From contig CAISER010000025.1 of assembly GCA_903884375.1 (NCBI GenBank), forward strand, positions 1,637 to 65,636: DNA of 64,000 bases, read 5' to 3'. This document shows positions 49,500 through 59,534 of the stretch, in pieces. The notes beneath the pieces were generated by a model. It saw nothing but the letters and a program-made list of their open reading frames with translations. It had not been told where the DNA came from and did not search any database. How positions within the stretch are numbered: position 1 is the first letter of the stretch; the number at the start of each line of letters is the position of its first letter. This stretch comes from Candidatus Collierbacteria bacterium. Lineage in GTDB: Bacteria; Patescibacteriota; Microgenomatia; UBA1400; MFAQ01. The position numbers and the translations under genes were made by a program.

Positions 49500-51677
49500 T
49501 TAACGAGAGTCTCTAAAATTGCGGAAGTTTGGACGACCACCACCTCTTTGACCGCCTCGATCACCACCGCCAAATCTTGGCCTGTCTCCTCCGCCACCCA
49601 TAGGTCGCTGTGCTCTTATTGGTTCCTCGCCTTCTTTGAGCATGGTGAGATTTACGCGACCCATGGAGTCTACTTCGTAACATCTGACTTCAACTTTGTC
49701 GCCGATTTTCATTGTTTTGAAAACTTCTGGTTGGACTTGGGAAATATGAACTAAACCATCTTTCCCCGGAAGAATATTGACGAATGCGCCAAAAGCTTCA
49801 ACTCTAGCAACAGTACCTTGATAGGTCATGCCAACTTCGGCTTCGGCAACAATGGAATCAATGAAAGCTCTGGCTGCATCTACCTTGGATTGATCTGTAC
49901 CGGTAACGGTAACAGTACCATCATCTTCGATGTTGACTTCAACTAAGAAATCATCTTGGATTTGGTGAATGATCTTGCCACCTGAACCAATAACGTCACC
50001 AATCTTGGCAACCGGGACTTTGGTGGAAACAATTTTAGGAGCGTACTGAGATAGTTTTTCGCGTGGAACAGAAATGGATTCGACCATGAGGTCTAGAATC
50101 TTCATTCTGGCACGTTTGGCTTGTTCAACAGCTTGGGTTAGGACTTCGGCTTTGATACCCGTAACCTTGACGTCCATTTGGAGAGCGGTGATACCGTCTT
50201 TGGTTCCAGCGACTTTGAAATCCATGTCACCTAGGTGATCTTCGAGACCACAGATGTCGGTGAGGGTGACAAAATCTTTGCCTTCGGTAATTAGTCCCAT
50301 GGCAGTACCGGCAACAGGTTTTTTAATTGGAACACCAGCGTCCATGAGAGACAAGGTAGAACCACAAATTGAGGCTTGAGAAGTAGAGCCATTTGAAGAC
50401 ATAACTTCAGAGACAACACGAATGGTATACGGGAAAACGGCGGTGTCTGGAAGGACAGGAACCAAGGCTCTTTCGGCAAGATTCCCATGACCAATCTCAC
50501 GGCGACCTGTACCTGGGCGACCAACTTCACCGGCTGCGTAGCCTGGCATGTTGTAGTGATGCATATAGCGCTTGGTGGTTTCACCCTTCATACCATCGAT
50601 AAGCATTTCTCTGGCTGGAGAAGCTAGAGTAACAACCGAAAGTACATGAGTAAGTCCTCTTTGGAAAAAGGCAGAGCCGTGAGTACGAGGAAGCAAACCA
50701 ATCTCGATATTGATAGGGCGAATATCCTCGATTCCACGTCCGTCTGGTCTGGTTTTGGTTTCGAGAATGGTTTTTCTAGCCTCGTCACGAAGCATATGAT
50801 CAGCGGTTTCGGCAATGTGACTAGCATTGTATTCTGGATGAGCGGCGATAATGCCGTCGACGATTTCTCTAGCTTGGATTCCAGTTTTGGTAGCTTCGTT
50901 TTTCAAGATTACTTGAAGATCTCCAATTTCGGCGCTAACAAACTTTTTAATTTCAGAATCTATAACGATTTCAGGGATAGTACGTTTGGCTTTGCCGTTT
51001 TCTTTGGCAAATTTGTCAATTCCTTCGGCAATGATGTCGACATATTTTTGAGCGTAGGCAAGGGCGCCGGTCATCTTTTCTTCGGAAACTTCATTGGCTC
51101 CGGCCTCAACCATACAAATGCCCCCCTTAGGACCAGAAACGACAAGATCGAGAGGAGAAACAAGCTTTTCTTGCTCATTTGGGTTGATGATGTACTCACC
51201 TTCTGGGGTCATACCAACACGAACAGCACCAACCGGTCCGGCCCATGGATAGTCAGAAAGAGATACAGCAGCTGAAGAAGCAATAATGGCTAAAATTTCT
51301 GGCTCTTCGACTCCATCGATGGAGAGAGGATAAGACATGATCTGAACTTCATTTCTTGAAGCTTGATCAAACAAAGGACGGAGAGAGCGATCGATCACAC
51401 GACCAACAAGGATTTCACCTTCTGAAGGACGTCCTTCACGTTTTATAAAACGACTGGAAGAAATAACTCCACCTGCGTAGAATTTTTCTTGGTAATCAAT
51501 GGAAAGAGGAAAATAATCAATTCCTTCTTTAACTCTGTTTGTGGCTACTACTGAAGCAACAACTATAGTGTCGCCGCATCTTGCAGTAACAGAACCTGAG
51601 GCCTGGGCACCAAAACGGCCGGTTTCGATTGTAATTGTTTTACCATTGAGAACAATGGTAGTTTGAGGATGTGTCAT
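49500..51677 (-). CDS. pnp: polyribonucleotide nucleotidyltransferase (PNPase) with C-terminal RGG/Gly-Arg-rich tail
   Basis: two RNase PH domains, KH and S1 domains; start set at ATG MTHPQTTIV preceded by AAAGGA (ORF-track start 51704 is GTG); C-terminus GGGGDRPRFGGGDRGGQRGGGRPNFRNFR. Confidence 0.93.
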   Translation of the reverse strand: MTHPQTTIVLNGKTITIETGRFGAQASGSVTARCGDTIVVASVVATNRVKEGIDYFPLSIDYQEKFYAGGVISSSRFIKREGRPSEGEILVGRVIDRSLRPLFDQASRNEVQIMSYPLSIDGVEEPEILAIIASSAAVSLSDYPWAGPVGAVRVGMTPEGEYIINPNEQEKLVSPLDLVVSGPKGGICMVEAGANEVSEEKMTGALAYAQKYVDIIAEGIDKFAKENGKAKRTIPEIVIDSEIKKFVSAEIGDLQVILKNEATKTGIQAREIVDGIIAAHPEYNASHIAETADHMLRDEARKTILETKTRPDGRGIEDIRPINIEIGLLPRTHGSAFFQRGLTHVLSVVTLASPAREMLIDGMKGETTKRYMHHYNMPGYAAGEVGRPGTGRREIGHGNLAERALVPVLPDTAVFPYTIRVVSEVMSSNGSTSQASICGSTLSLMDAGVPIKKPVAGTAMGLITEGKDFVTLTDICGLEDHLGDMDFKVAGTKDGITALQMDVKVTGIKAEVLTQAVEQAKRARMKILDLMVESISVPREKLSQYAPKIVSTKVPVAKIGDVIGSGGKIIHQIQDDFLVEVNIEDDGTVTVTGTDQSKVDAARAFIDSIVAEAEVGMTYQGTVARVEAFGAFVNILPGKDGLVHISQVQPEVFKTMKIGDKVEVRCYEVDSMGRVNLTMLKEGEEPIRAQRPMGGGGDRPRFGGGDRGGQRGGGRPNFRNFRDSR

Positions 51678-51706
51678 CCTTAAATCCTTTCTTTTTCGCG
51701 CCACCC

Positions 51707-51747
51707 TTCTTGAGAAGAAAACAGAAGATACCCAAGGACACCCTTGG
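51707..51747 (-). promoter_or_regulatory. two stem-loops (TTCTT-GAG-AAGAA and CCAAGG-ACAC-CCTTGG) in the rpsO-pnp intergenic leader; candidate pnp autoregulatory/RNase III-type processing site by analogy with E. coli
   Basis: inverted repeats read directly in the 98-nt leader between rpsO stop and pnp start. Confidence 0.3.
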
Positions 51748-51775
51748 ACGGATATACTCTATTTACTCCTCAAGC

Positions 51776-52066
51776 TTATTTTGCTGAGTCGCGCAACTGA
51801 CTGTTAATGTTTAGAGACTTGGTAACTTCAAGATAATCTTTTGAATTGGATTTTAGAAGATAATTTAGGAGGCGGCGTCTTTTGGAAATAATCTTTAAGA
51901 GGCCACGTCTGGAATGATTATCTTTATTGTGAACTTTTAGATGATTGGTGAGTTCTTCGATTTGGGCAGTGAGAAGGGCAATTTGCACACGAGGAGAACC
52001 AGTGTCTTTGTCACTGGCAGCGAAGGATTTTATGATATCTACTTTTGTTTCGGATTTAAGAGCCAT
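51776..52066 (-). CDS. rpsO: 30S ribosomal protein S15
   Basis: [51 protein letters not shown]15 signature; start set to [11 protein letters not shown] (ORF-track start is TTG). Confidence 0.9.
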   Translation of the reverse strand: MALKSETKVDIIKSFAASDKDTGSPRVQIALLTAQIEELTNHLKVHNKDNHSRRGLLKIISKRRRLLNYLLKSNSKDYLEVTKSLNINSQLRDSAK

Positions 52067-52131
52067 ATCGGGTTGTATTGTAACAGATGTATTTCGTTTT
52101 GCCAAGACTGAACTGTGCGTAAAGAAAAAAT

Positions 52132-52389
52132 TTAATCATCGGAATCAAGGTCTTTGTCTTTGGTTGGTTGAGATTTCCAGATACCACCCTTGTCTTCAGG
52201 CTCAACTGGTTCAAGTTCATTACCCCAGGCTCTAAACATTCTTACTTGTCTGGGGGTAAGTTTCCGGATCAAGACAACCCTTTCCCCTGTTTCGGGGACA
52301 ATCCCTGTTTCATAAGTACCGTCGGGTCCTTTTATCTTAAAAGGACGCGTAATATCGTCGTCTTGTTCGTATTCTGGTATTCCACCCAT
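52132..52389 (-). CDS. small hypothetical protein, 85 aa, acidic C-terminus
   Basis: ATG-initiated ORF 15 nt downstream of the DHH-like gene and 26 nt upstream of rpsO; no family recognised. Confidence 0.4.
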   Translation of the reverse strand: MGGIPEYEQDDDITRPFKIKGPDGTYETGIVPETGERVVLIRKLTPRQVRMFRAWGNELEPVEPEDKGGIWKSQPTKDKDLDSDD

Positions 52390-52404
52390 ATTAACTATAT
52401 TATA

Positions 52405-53319
52405 TCAACCATTGTCACCAACACGGAAGATTTTAGGTTTGTTCCAGTCTGCCGGGATTGAGGTACCAGCTTCATTGGTAGATAGGTTTTCTTCTTCCGG
52501 AAGAGGAATGTTTTCTTCGGTAGGAGCCGATGGAACATCGGGCACTTCAAAAAATGGCGCTTGGGAAAAACGAGGAGTTTGAACTTTTGTTTTTGGAAGA
52601 TGAGCACCGGAGCGCATAAGGAAAGCAATGGCTTCAAAGGTGTCTGCCGTTAGATTGCCTGTGGATAAATTATTGGAACTTTCGTAAATATTGGTTAATA
52701 GATTTTGAGAAACAGAAGTGTTTAGTTTTAATTTTAATTCCTTGAGAAGACCAATAACCAACTCAGAAAAAGAACCCATGTTTTTGTGATAAAGATTGCC
52801 GGTAAATGCGGCTGGTCGAAGAGTATTGTTGAGATTTAGAATGGTGGCATTATCCAAAAAGTTTTTTTCATCGGCATAAATTTTTCCTAATTCTTCGAGA
52901 GAATTAATACCAAGAGTAATGACTAAGTCGGCTTGAGCTCCTGAGTAAGAGTATTTAACACCGCCGATATCGGGAACGGGAGCACCAGTTTTGGGTTTTA
53001 CCAATAGATAAAATTTGCCGTCATCTCTGACATCGTAGTCAACTTTATCCAAATCTTCTTCACGATAATCAAAGGAGATAATTAAGTTACGACTACCAAT
53101 GGAGTCGGGGATGTTTTTTATACCATTAGTTTCGTCATCAACTTCGACTTCACTTCCACAACCGATTTGAGAAATTTTCCCTGATTGTTTTAGAGCAAGA
53201 TGAAGACTGATTCCGGCGGTAACAAGATCTTTTCCTGGATCGGGAGGAAGAATAATAATAATAGACTTGGCAGATTTAATTAAATTATTAACGTTTATTT
53301 CCGATTTGTTGTCTTCCAT
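52405..53319 (-). CDS. DHH-family (NrnA-like) homolog with degenerate catalytic motifs, likely catalytically inactive
   Basis: collinear with NrnA N-terminal DHH domain (IIIILPPDPGKDLVTAG vs IvIhrHvrPDGDalGS; NLIISFDY motif II Asp retained) but DHH triad replaced by TLG and no GGGH DHHA1 motif; occupies the rbfA/nrnA slot after infB. Confidence 0.5.
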   Translation of the reverse strand: MEDNKSEINVNNLIKSAKSIIIILPPDPGKDLVTAGISLHLALKQSGKISQIGCGSEVEVDDETNGIKNIPDSIGSRNLIISFDYREEDLDKVDYDVRDDGKFYLLVKPKTGAPVPDIGGVKYSYSGAQADLVITLGINSLEELGKIYADEKNFLDNATILNLNNTLRPAAFTGNLYHKNMGSFSELVIGLLKELKLKLNTSVSQNLLTNIYESSNNLSTGNLTADTFEAIAFLMRSGAHLPKTKVQTPRFSQAPFFEVPDVPSAPTEENIPLPEEENLSTNEAGTSIPADWNKPKIFRVGDNG

Positions 53320-53320
53320 T

Positions 53321-54724
53321 TTAGTTTTCTATAGTTGTGGCCGTCATTATATCACCAGTTTTAAACTCAATATTGGGAGTTAAAACCAAACCACATTCCT
53401 GATCTTTTTTGGCCTCCAAAACATCTTCTTTGCCGATTTTAAGGGAAGTAATTTTTGAGTTATCAACCGTGTCGCCAATTTTAAATTTACCTGAGGTAAT
53501 ACTACAACCATAGACGATGGTCCCGCCAAAATTAAAGACTTTGAGAACACTGGCTTCCCCTGTCGTAATTATCTTGGGAGCGGCTTGTGCCGATTTGGTT
53601 GTTTGCAGTTCTTTTAGATAATCAAATAGTTGATAAATTATTTTGAAATTGGTGAATTTGATATGTTCGATTTCCGCCAAACGGGCAACTGAGGCCGACA
53701 TTTTGGAGTTGAAGCCTAAAATTTCGGCTTTGGTGGCAATAGCTGTTTCAATATCGGAATCAGTGACCAAACCAACGGAACTACTAACAATATTGGCTTT
53801 ATCTTTGATTGTTTCTGAGATGGCTTCAAGTGAACCTTGGACATCGGCTTTGAGAATAATGGTAGGAATTTCTTCACTAATAACATCCGAAACACCAAAA
53901 GTATTATTTGTTTTTTGGTTGATGCAGGGTTTGCTGGTGATAATGTCGCCAACATTGGGAACTTTGGCAAAACCAATTACTTGAAAAGGAGTCGAGGGGG
54001 TTGCCTTGGAAAGAAATTTACCGGAGTAGTCCAACATGGAGCGGATTTTGCCGAAATCAATTTTACCGTTGTAGAGAGGATCGTTTTTATCAAAAACACC
54101 ACTTTTTACTAATAGAGTTGCCAAAGGACCTTTTTGCGGATGCATTGACGACTCAATAACAAGAGCCGTGGCCGGACAGTCATCCGAATTGTCTTTTAGC
54201 TCTTCCAGCTCAGCCAATAGAAGAATAATTTCCAGTAAATCATCTACGCCCTCACCGGTTTTGGCGGAAATGTTGACTATGGGAATATTCCCTCCATAGC
54301 CTTCAACAAAAACGCCTTCGTTTGCTAGATCTGTTTTGACTCTTTCAGGATTTACTCCTGCAAGGTCGGTTTTATTAACGGCAACAACAAAAGGAATACC
54401 GGCAGATTTGATGTGTTCGATGGATTCTTTCGTCTGGGGCATCACCGAGTCGTCGGCAGCAATAATAAGGATAGCTACATCAGCAGCTTGGCCACCTCTT
54501 CGACGCATTGCCGAAAAAGCCGCATGACCGGGGGTATCGATAAAGGTAATTATTTTGCCTTGATGTTCAATTTGATAAGCACCAATGGCTTGAGTAATGC
54601 CACCAACTTCACCTGAAGCAACCGAAGCATGACGAATCCTGTCTAATAAAGAGGTCTTTCCATGATCTACGTGTCCTAAAATAGTAACCACCGGTGGCCT
54701 GGTGGCAATTGTTTTTTCGGCCAT
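53321..54724 (-). CDS. infB: translation initiation factor IF-2, short form (G domain starts at residue 10)
   Basis: [15 protein letters not shown]1 motif; 467 aa; after nusA. Confidence 0.9.
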   Translation of the reverse strand: MAEKTIATRPPVVTILGHVDHGKTSLLDRIRHASVASGEVGGITQAIGAYQIEHQGKIITFIDTPGHAAFSAMRRRGGQAADVAILIIAADDSVMPQTKESIEHIKSAGIPFVVAVNKTDLAGVNPERVKTDLANEGVFVEGYGGNIPIVNISAKTGEGVDDLLEIILLLAELEELKDNSDDCPATALVIESSMHPQKGPLATLLVKSGVFDKNDPLYNGKIDFGKIRSMLDYSGKFLSKATPSTPFQVIGFAKVPNVGDIITSKPCINQKTNNTFGVSDVISEEIPTIILKADVQGSLEAISETIKDKANIVSSSVGLVTDSDIETAIATKAEILGFNSKMSASVARLAEIEHIKFTNFKIIYQLFDYLKELQTTKSAQAAPKIITTGEASVLKVFNFGGTIVYGCSITSGKFKIGDTVDNSKITSLKIGKEDVLEAKKDQECGLVLTPNIEFKTGDIMTATTIEN

Positions 54725-54732
54725 GATTTAAT

Positions 54733-55941
54733 TTAGTTTTTGTAAACAGCCAACTGCGATTTGATTTTTTCAAGAGTCTTGGGGCCAAGACCTTTGACTG
54801 AGTCGAGTTTATCAGAGGTGAGATCCTCAATATGAGTTAGCTCTGCTTCCAAAAGAATATTTCTGGTTTTGGTGTCTAAACCTAGTTGGTCAATTTCGTA
54901 TTCTTCTGTACCGGTAACAACAATCCCTGCATCTTTATCTTTGGTTTCTTCAGAAATTATTCTCAATTTTGTTTGAGTAAGCTTGGCAGCCAATTTAACA
55001 TTTTGACCACCACGACCGATCGCCAATGAAAGCTGGTCTGCAGGAACGGTAACAATTGTTTCGCCAGTTGTTTTGTCGTATTTTATTTCCAATCCTTCAG
55101 CGGGGGCTAAAGCAGACTTAATATATTTGTCTTTGTCTTCTGAGAACTGAATAATGTCAATTTTTTCGTTATTTAATTCATTAATGACTGCTTGAACGCG
55201 AACTCCTTTTTGACCAACGCAAGAACCTACTGGATCGACTCCGGGTTGTGTAGACTCAACGGCAACCTTGGAACGACTTCCTGGTTCACGAGCAACCCCT
55301 TTTATGATGACACTACCAGCACTAACTTCAGGAACTTCTCTTTCGAAAAGACCTGAAAGTAAATTGTCATCGGCTCGAGATACAATAATTTGACGGCCTT
55401 TAGCTGTTTCGGCAATTTCTTTCAAATAAACTGCAAGACGAGAATTTAAACGATAAAACTCAGTTGGAGATTGTTCTTCGGGAGGCATGACTGCTTGGCC
55501 ACGACCTAAATCAATAATTACACTACGTCCGTCCATGCGTTGGACCATACCGGTCATGACTTCACCAATGTGGTCTTGGTAATCAGCGAGAACGGAGTCA
55601 CGTTCGGCTTCGCGAATAGTTTGGAGAATAACAAATTTGGCGGCTTGAGCAGCAATACGACCGAAGCCAGGAGGAGTAATGTCTTTTAAATCTTTTTTCT
55701 TGGCACCTTCCTCACCAACAAACAAACGGAATTGGCCGTTATCGGAATCGACATCGGCAGTAATCATTTTGCCTTCTTCTTCAAGTTTTAGTGCCTGTTC
55801 TGGATAGTCTTTTTTAAATGAAGCTATGAGAGCAGTATTGATGGCGCCCAACACAGTTTCCGGAGCGATGCCCCGTTCGGAACAAATTTGATTTATGGCT
55901 GCGGCGAACTCGGTTCTTGCCGATAGTGTTTGTGTATCCAT
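54733..55941 (-). CDS. nusA: transcription termination/antitermination factor NusA
   Basis: N-terminal domain, S1 and two KH domains; 402 aa; precedes infB. Confidence 0.9.
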   Translation of the reverse strand: MDTQTLSARTEFAAAINQICSERGIAPETVLGAINTALIASFKKDYPEQALKLEEEGKMITADVDSDNGQFRLFVGEEGAKKKDLKDITPPGFGRIAAQAAKFVILQTIREAERDSVLADYQDHIGEVMTGMVQRMDGRSVIIDLGRGQAVMPPEEQSPTEFYRLNSRLAVYLKEIAETAKGRQIIVSRADDNLLSGLFEREVPEVSAGSVIIKGVAREPGSRSKVAVESTQPGVDPVGSCVGQKGVRVQAVINELNNEKIDIIQFSEDKDKYIKSALAPAEGLEIKYDKTTGETIVTVPADQLSLAIGRGGQNVKLAAKLTQTKLRIISEETKDKDAGIVVTGTEEYEIDQLGLDTKTRNILLEAELTHIEDLTSDKLDSVKGLGPKTLEKIKSQLAVYKN

Positions 55942-56038
55942 GTTAGATGTTTTAAATTTTATGTTTTACGTTTAATATTTTTGACTAAGTTTAAAAAAGG
56001 ACGGTCAAACGCCGCCCAAAATACACTTAATCGAGGTT

Positions 56039-56047
56039 ATTATAGCA
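56039..56047 (-). promoter_or_regulatory. candidate extended -10 element (TGCTATAAT) of a nusA-infB operon promoter, about 95 nt upstream of nusA ATG
   Basis: rc of plus-strand attatagca gives tgcTATAAT; no convincing -35. Confidence 0.3.
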
Positions 56048-56090
56048 CGTTGAAGCCAAATCGAGAAAGAATTTAAATGGTGAAATTGAT

Positions 56091-56939
56091 TTAGGATTCC
56101 TCGAATTTATTAAGAAGATCCTTTTGCTTATTAGAAAGATGAGTGGGGAGTTTTATGACAAAACGAATATATAAATCGCCATGTTGATTGCCTTTGAGAT
56201 GTTTAATGCCTTTCCCGGTTAGTCGAAGTGTGGTACCGGGTTGAGTGCCGGAGCGAACTTTGATCTTTAAATCTCCGTTTAAGGTAGGGATTGTGGTGTT
56301 ACCGCCCAGGATAGCTTGTGTGAAAGAAATTTCATGATTAACAATAACGTCATAGCCTTCGCGTTGGAAAATTTTGCTGGGACGGACAACAAAACTAATA
56401 TCAAAATCGGAGTAACGAATTTGGGTTCCCTCGTCTGCTCCTGCAGGAATTTTGACAGTGTATTCTTTTCCTTGGTGAACAATGGTTTTTTCGGCACCTT
56501 TGACAGCGTCGTCAAAATCAATTTTAAGTGAGTAATGAGTCTTTTGTGGTCTTCTTTGTCCACCAAAACCTCCGCCAAAGAAACCACTAAAAATATCAAA
56601 GGGGTCGGAAAAACCACCGGCTCCACCAAATAAATCTTCAAAATTAATATTGCCACCTTGCTGATAGTAACCACCGAAGGGATTTCCTCCAGCACCGAAG
56701 GGATTTCCTCCACCTTGGCTAAAAGCAGCATGACCAAACTGATCATATTTAGCTTTTTTATCAGAGTTGCTTAAAACTTCGTAGGCTTCATTGATTTCTT
56801 TGAATTTTTCATGAGTATCGCTATCTTTATTTCTGTCGGGGTGCCACTTGAGCGCTAGTTTTCTATAAGCAGATTTAATCTCTGCAGCTGTGGCAGATTT
56901 ATTTACTCCGAGAATGTCATAGTAATCTCTTGTTGTCAT
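56091..56939 (-). CDS. dnaJ: DnaJ-family co-chaperone lacking the CxxCxGxG zinc-finger domain (CbpA/type-II-like)
   Basis: J domain DYYDILGV...HPDRN with HPD, Gly/Phe-rich region, C-terminal substrate-binding domains; 282 aa. Confidence 0.85.
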   Translation of the reverse strand: MTTRDYYDILGVNKSATAAEIKSAYRKLALKWHPDRNKDSDTHEKFKEINEAYEVLSNSDKKAKYDQFGHAAFSQGGGNPFGAGGNPFGGYYQQGGNINFEDLFGGAGGFSDPFDIFSGFFGGGFGGQRRPQKTHYSLKIDFDDAVKGAEKTIVHQGKEYTVKIPAGADEGTQIRYSDFDISFVVRPSKIFQREGYDVIVNHEISFTQAILGGNTTIPTLNGDLKIKVRSGTQPGTTLRLTGKGIKHLKGNQHGDLYIRFVIKLPTHLSNKQKDLLNKFEES

Positions 56940-57107
56940 TTGTTATTTAGATATCATAATAAGAGCTTTCTCGTTTTCTTTTCAATAATTTTATTATTGA
57001 AATATCCAAACTGCGCTTCCTCTTATATTCGCTCATAGTTCGTTTCACTTCACTATGATGCTTGAATATAGTCTCTCGTGGTAGCCATATTAATTCAACA
57101 ACCATTT

Positions 57108-57133
57108 TAACAGGGGCTTGAATCGTCAAGCCC
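57108..57133 (-). promoter_or_regulatory. perfect 9-bp stem-loop (GGGGCTTGA-ATCG-TCAAGCCCC) in the dnaK-dnaJ intercistronic region; possible mRNA processing/attenuation element
   Basis: inverted repeat read directly; weak U-tract so not a confident terminator. Confidence 0.35.
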
Positions 57134-57149
57134 CTGAAATTAATTGGTT

Positions 57150-59051
57150 TTATTCGACAACCTCGCCTTCCTCGGCAGTTTTGGCATCAGTCTTTGCTTC
57201 TTCAGCTTTGCCGTCTTCAGGTTTACTTTCTTCTTTCTTGTCTTTTTCACCGGCGGCTTTGTATAGCGCTTCTGCATGTTTTTGAACCAGTTCGGTGGCG
57301 GTTTTTAGTTTGGCATCAACAGATTCCAAAGTAGTATCGGCTTTTTTCAGTTCTTCTTCCAACTCCGAAAGTGATTTTTCGATTTCTTCTTTGGCAGCAC
57401 TATCGAATTTGTCTCCCGAGTCTTTGAGAACTTTTCTTGTTTGAATGATTAAAGTGTCGGCTTCGTTTTTCTTGTCGACCAACTCTTTCTTCTTTTTATC
57501 GTCTTCGGCATACTTCTCGGCTTCTTGTTTCATTCTTTCGACTTCTTCATCGGAAAGGTTGGTAGCGTTTTTTATCGTAATCTTTTGTTCTTTGCCGGTG
57601 GCCTTATCCTTGGCCGAAACATTTAAGATACCGTTGGCGTCGATGTCAAAAGTAACTTCAATCTGAGGAATACCTCGAGGTGCAGCCGGAATACCATCAA
57701 GGATGAAACTACCTAGTGTCTTGTTGTCTGCGGCCATTGGTCGCTCACCTTGGAGAATATGAATCTCAACTTGGGGCTGATTGTCACTGGCTGTTGAAAA
57801 TACTTGAGATTTACTGGAAGGAACCGTGGTGTTTCTTTCGATTAGAGGAGTCATCACTTGGCCCATGGTTTCGATACCAAGAGTTAGAGGAGTAACGTCT
57901 AGAAGTAGGACATCTTTGACGTCTCCGGAGATAACACCTCCCTGAATGGCGGCACCAAGAGCAACGGCTTCGTCCGGATTAACGGATTTGTTTGGCTCTT
58001 TGCCAAAGAAGTCTTTGACTACTTGCTGAACCTTGGGCATACGAGTCATTCCACCGACCAAAATGATTTCGGCAATAGCAGATTTTTCAATCTTGGCATC
58101 AGCCAAAGCTTTTTTACACGGTTCAATGGTTTTTTGAATTAAATCATCAACTAATTCTTCAAGTTTGGCTCTGGTTATCTTCATAGTTAAGTGAAGTGGG
58201 TTGCCATCACGTTGAGTGATAAAAGGTTGATTAATTTCTGTTTCGGTAGCACTGGAAAGTTCGATTTTGGCCTTTTCGGCGGCGTCTTTAATACGCTGAA
58301 GCGCTTGTTTGTCTTGAGCAAGGTCAACACCATTTTCCTTTTTGAATTCGGAAACAATGTATTCAATTATTTTGTGATCAAAATCATCACCACCAAGGAA
58401 AGTGTCGCCGTTGGTTGATTTGACTTCAAAAACGCCATCGCCCAGTTCGAGAATAGAAACGTCAAAAGTACCACCACCTAAGTCATAGACCACGACAACT
58501 TCATTTTTTCCTTTATCCAACCCATAGGCCAAAGCGGCGGCGGTTGGTTCGTTTACAATGCGCTTTACATTTAATCCGGCAATCTCACCTGCTTGTTTGG
58601 TGGCTTGGCGTTGAGAATCATCAAAATAGGCAGGAACAGTAATGACAACGTCGGTTACGGGTCCTCCAAGATAGGCTTCGGCGTCTGCTTTGGCTTTTTG
58701 GAGAATTTTGGCAGAAATTTCCTGTGGTGTGTATGTTTTCCCTCCAATTTTTATAATAGCCAGACCATCTTTACCCGCTTCAATATCGTAAGGAGCAATT
58801 TCTTTGGTTTTTTGGGCTTGTTTGCCGGAATATTTTTGGCCCATCAATCTTTTAACGCTAAAAATCGTGTTTTCCGAGTTTAAGACCATTTGACGTTTGG
58901 CAACATCACCAACAAGATTTTTTAGAGGTTCAACAATTGAAGGAAAGGTGTTTTTCCCTTCAGCCGTGGGGATAATTTTGGCTTTTCCAGCCTCCATGAC
59001 CGCAATGGCACTATTGGTGGTGCCTAGATCGATGCCGATTATTTTTGACAT
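57150..59051 (-). CDS. dnaK: molecular chaperone DnaK (Hsp70)
   Basis: [18 protein letters not shown] motifs; 633 aa. Confidence 0.97.
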   Translation of the reverse strand: MSKIIGIDLGTTNSAIAVMEAGKAKIIPTAEGKNTFPSIVEPLKNLVGDVAKRQMVLNSENTIFSVKRLMGQKYSGKQAQKTKEIAPYDIEAGKDGLAIIKIGGKTYTPQEISAKILQKAKADAEAYLGGPVTDVVITVPAYFDDSQRQATKQAGEIAGLNVKRIVNEPTAAALAYGLDKGKNEVVVVYDLGGGTFDVSILELGDGVFEVKSTNGDTFLGGDDFDHKIIEYIVSEFKKENGVDLAQDKQALQRIKDAAEKAKIELSSATETEINQPFITQRDGNPLHLTMKITRAKLEELVDDLIQKTIEPCKKALADAKIEKSAIAEIILVGGMTRMPKVQQVVKDFFGKEPNKSVNPDEAVALGAAIQGGVISGDVKDVLLLDVTPLTLGIETMGQVMTPLIERNTTVPSSKSQVFSTASDNQPQVEIHILQGERPMAADNKTLGSFILDGIPAAPRGIPQIEVTFDIDANGILNVSAKDKATGKEQKITIKNATNLSDEEVERMKQEAEKYAEDDKKKKELVDKKNEADTLIIQTRKVLKDSGDKFDSAAKEEIEKSLSELEEELKKADTTLESVDAKLKTATELVQKHAEALYKAAGEKDKKEESKPEDGKAEEAKTDAKTAEEGEVVE

Positions 59052-59084
59052 ATGTTTTTGTTTAATTAATTTATTAATACTTGA

Positions 59085-59534
59085 TTATTTTTCTCCTGAG
59101 CCGACATTTACTTTAGCAGGACGGAGAACCTTATCGAAAAGATAATAGCCTTTGGTAAGGGTAGAAATGACATGGTCTTTTTTGCCCGGAACGACTTCGA
59201 GACAATCCATAGTGAGTGGATCAAAGAGTTTCCCATCCGATTCAATTAATTGAAGTCCTTCTGTTTTTAGAGTTTCATGAAGTTGTTTGATAACCATTTC
59301 CAAACCGGCATCATGGAGATGATTTTGCGCCATTTCCAATGAATCGAGATTGAGAAGAATTTTTTCAAGAAGCACCGCATTGGCGAATTTGACTATTTGA
59401 GTCTGAGTTTCTTTAAAGCGACGGTCTTGATTTTGATAATCAGCCAATACTCGTTTGTAGTTTTGTTCGTGTTCATCAGCACGAGCGATGATTTTTTCTA
59501 TTTCTTTGCTGGAGGGATGTGTTTTTTTTACCAT
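59085..59534 (-). CDS. grpE: nucleotide exchange factor GrpE
   Basis: coiled-coil N-terminus and C-terminal beta domain; position between hrcA and dnaK. Confidence 0.88.
   Translation of the reverse strand: MVKKTHPSSKEIEKIIARADEHEQNYKRVLADYQNQDRRFKETQTQIVKFANAVLLEKILLNLDSLEMAQNHLHDAGLEMVIKQLHETLKTEGLQLIESDGKLFDPLTMDCLEVVPGKKDHVISTLTKGYYLFDKVLRPAKVNVGSGEK

Noticed and set aside
50646-51275. 209-aa plus-strand ORF
   Set aside because: Antisense inside pnp; shadow ORF.
53643-53984. 113-aa plus-strand ORF
   Set aside because: Antisense inside infB.
56279-56746. 155-aa minus-strand ORF
   Set aside because: Alternative frame inside dnaJ.
56947-57129. 60-aa ORF in dnaK-dnaJ spacer
   Set aside because: Spans a strong RNA hairpin, no RBS, low-complexity; likely non-coding.
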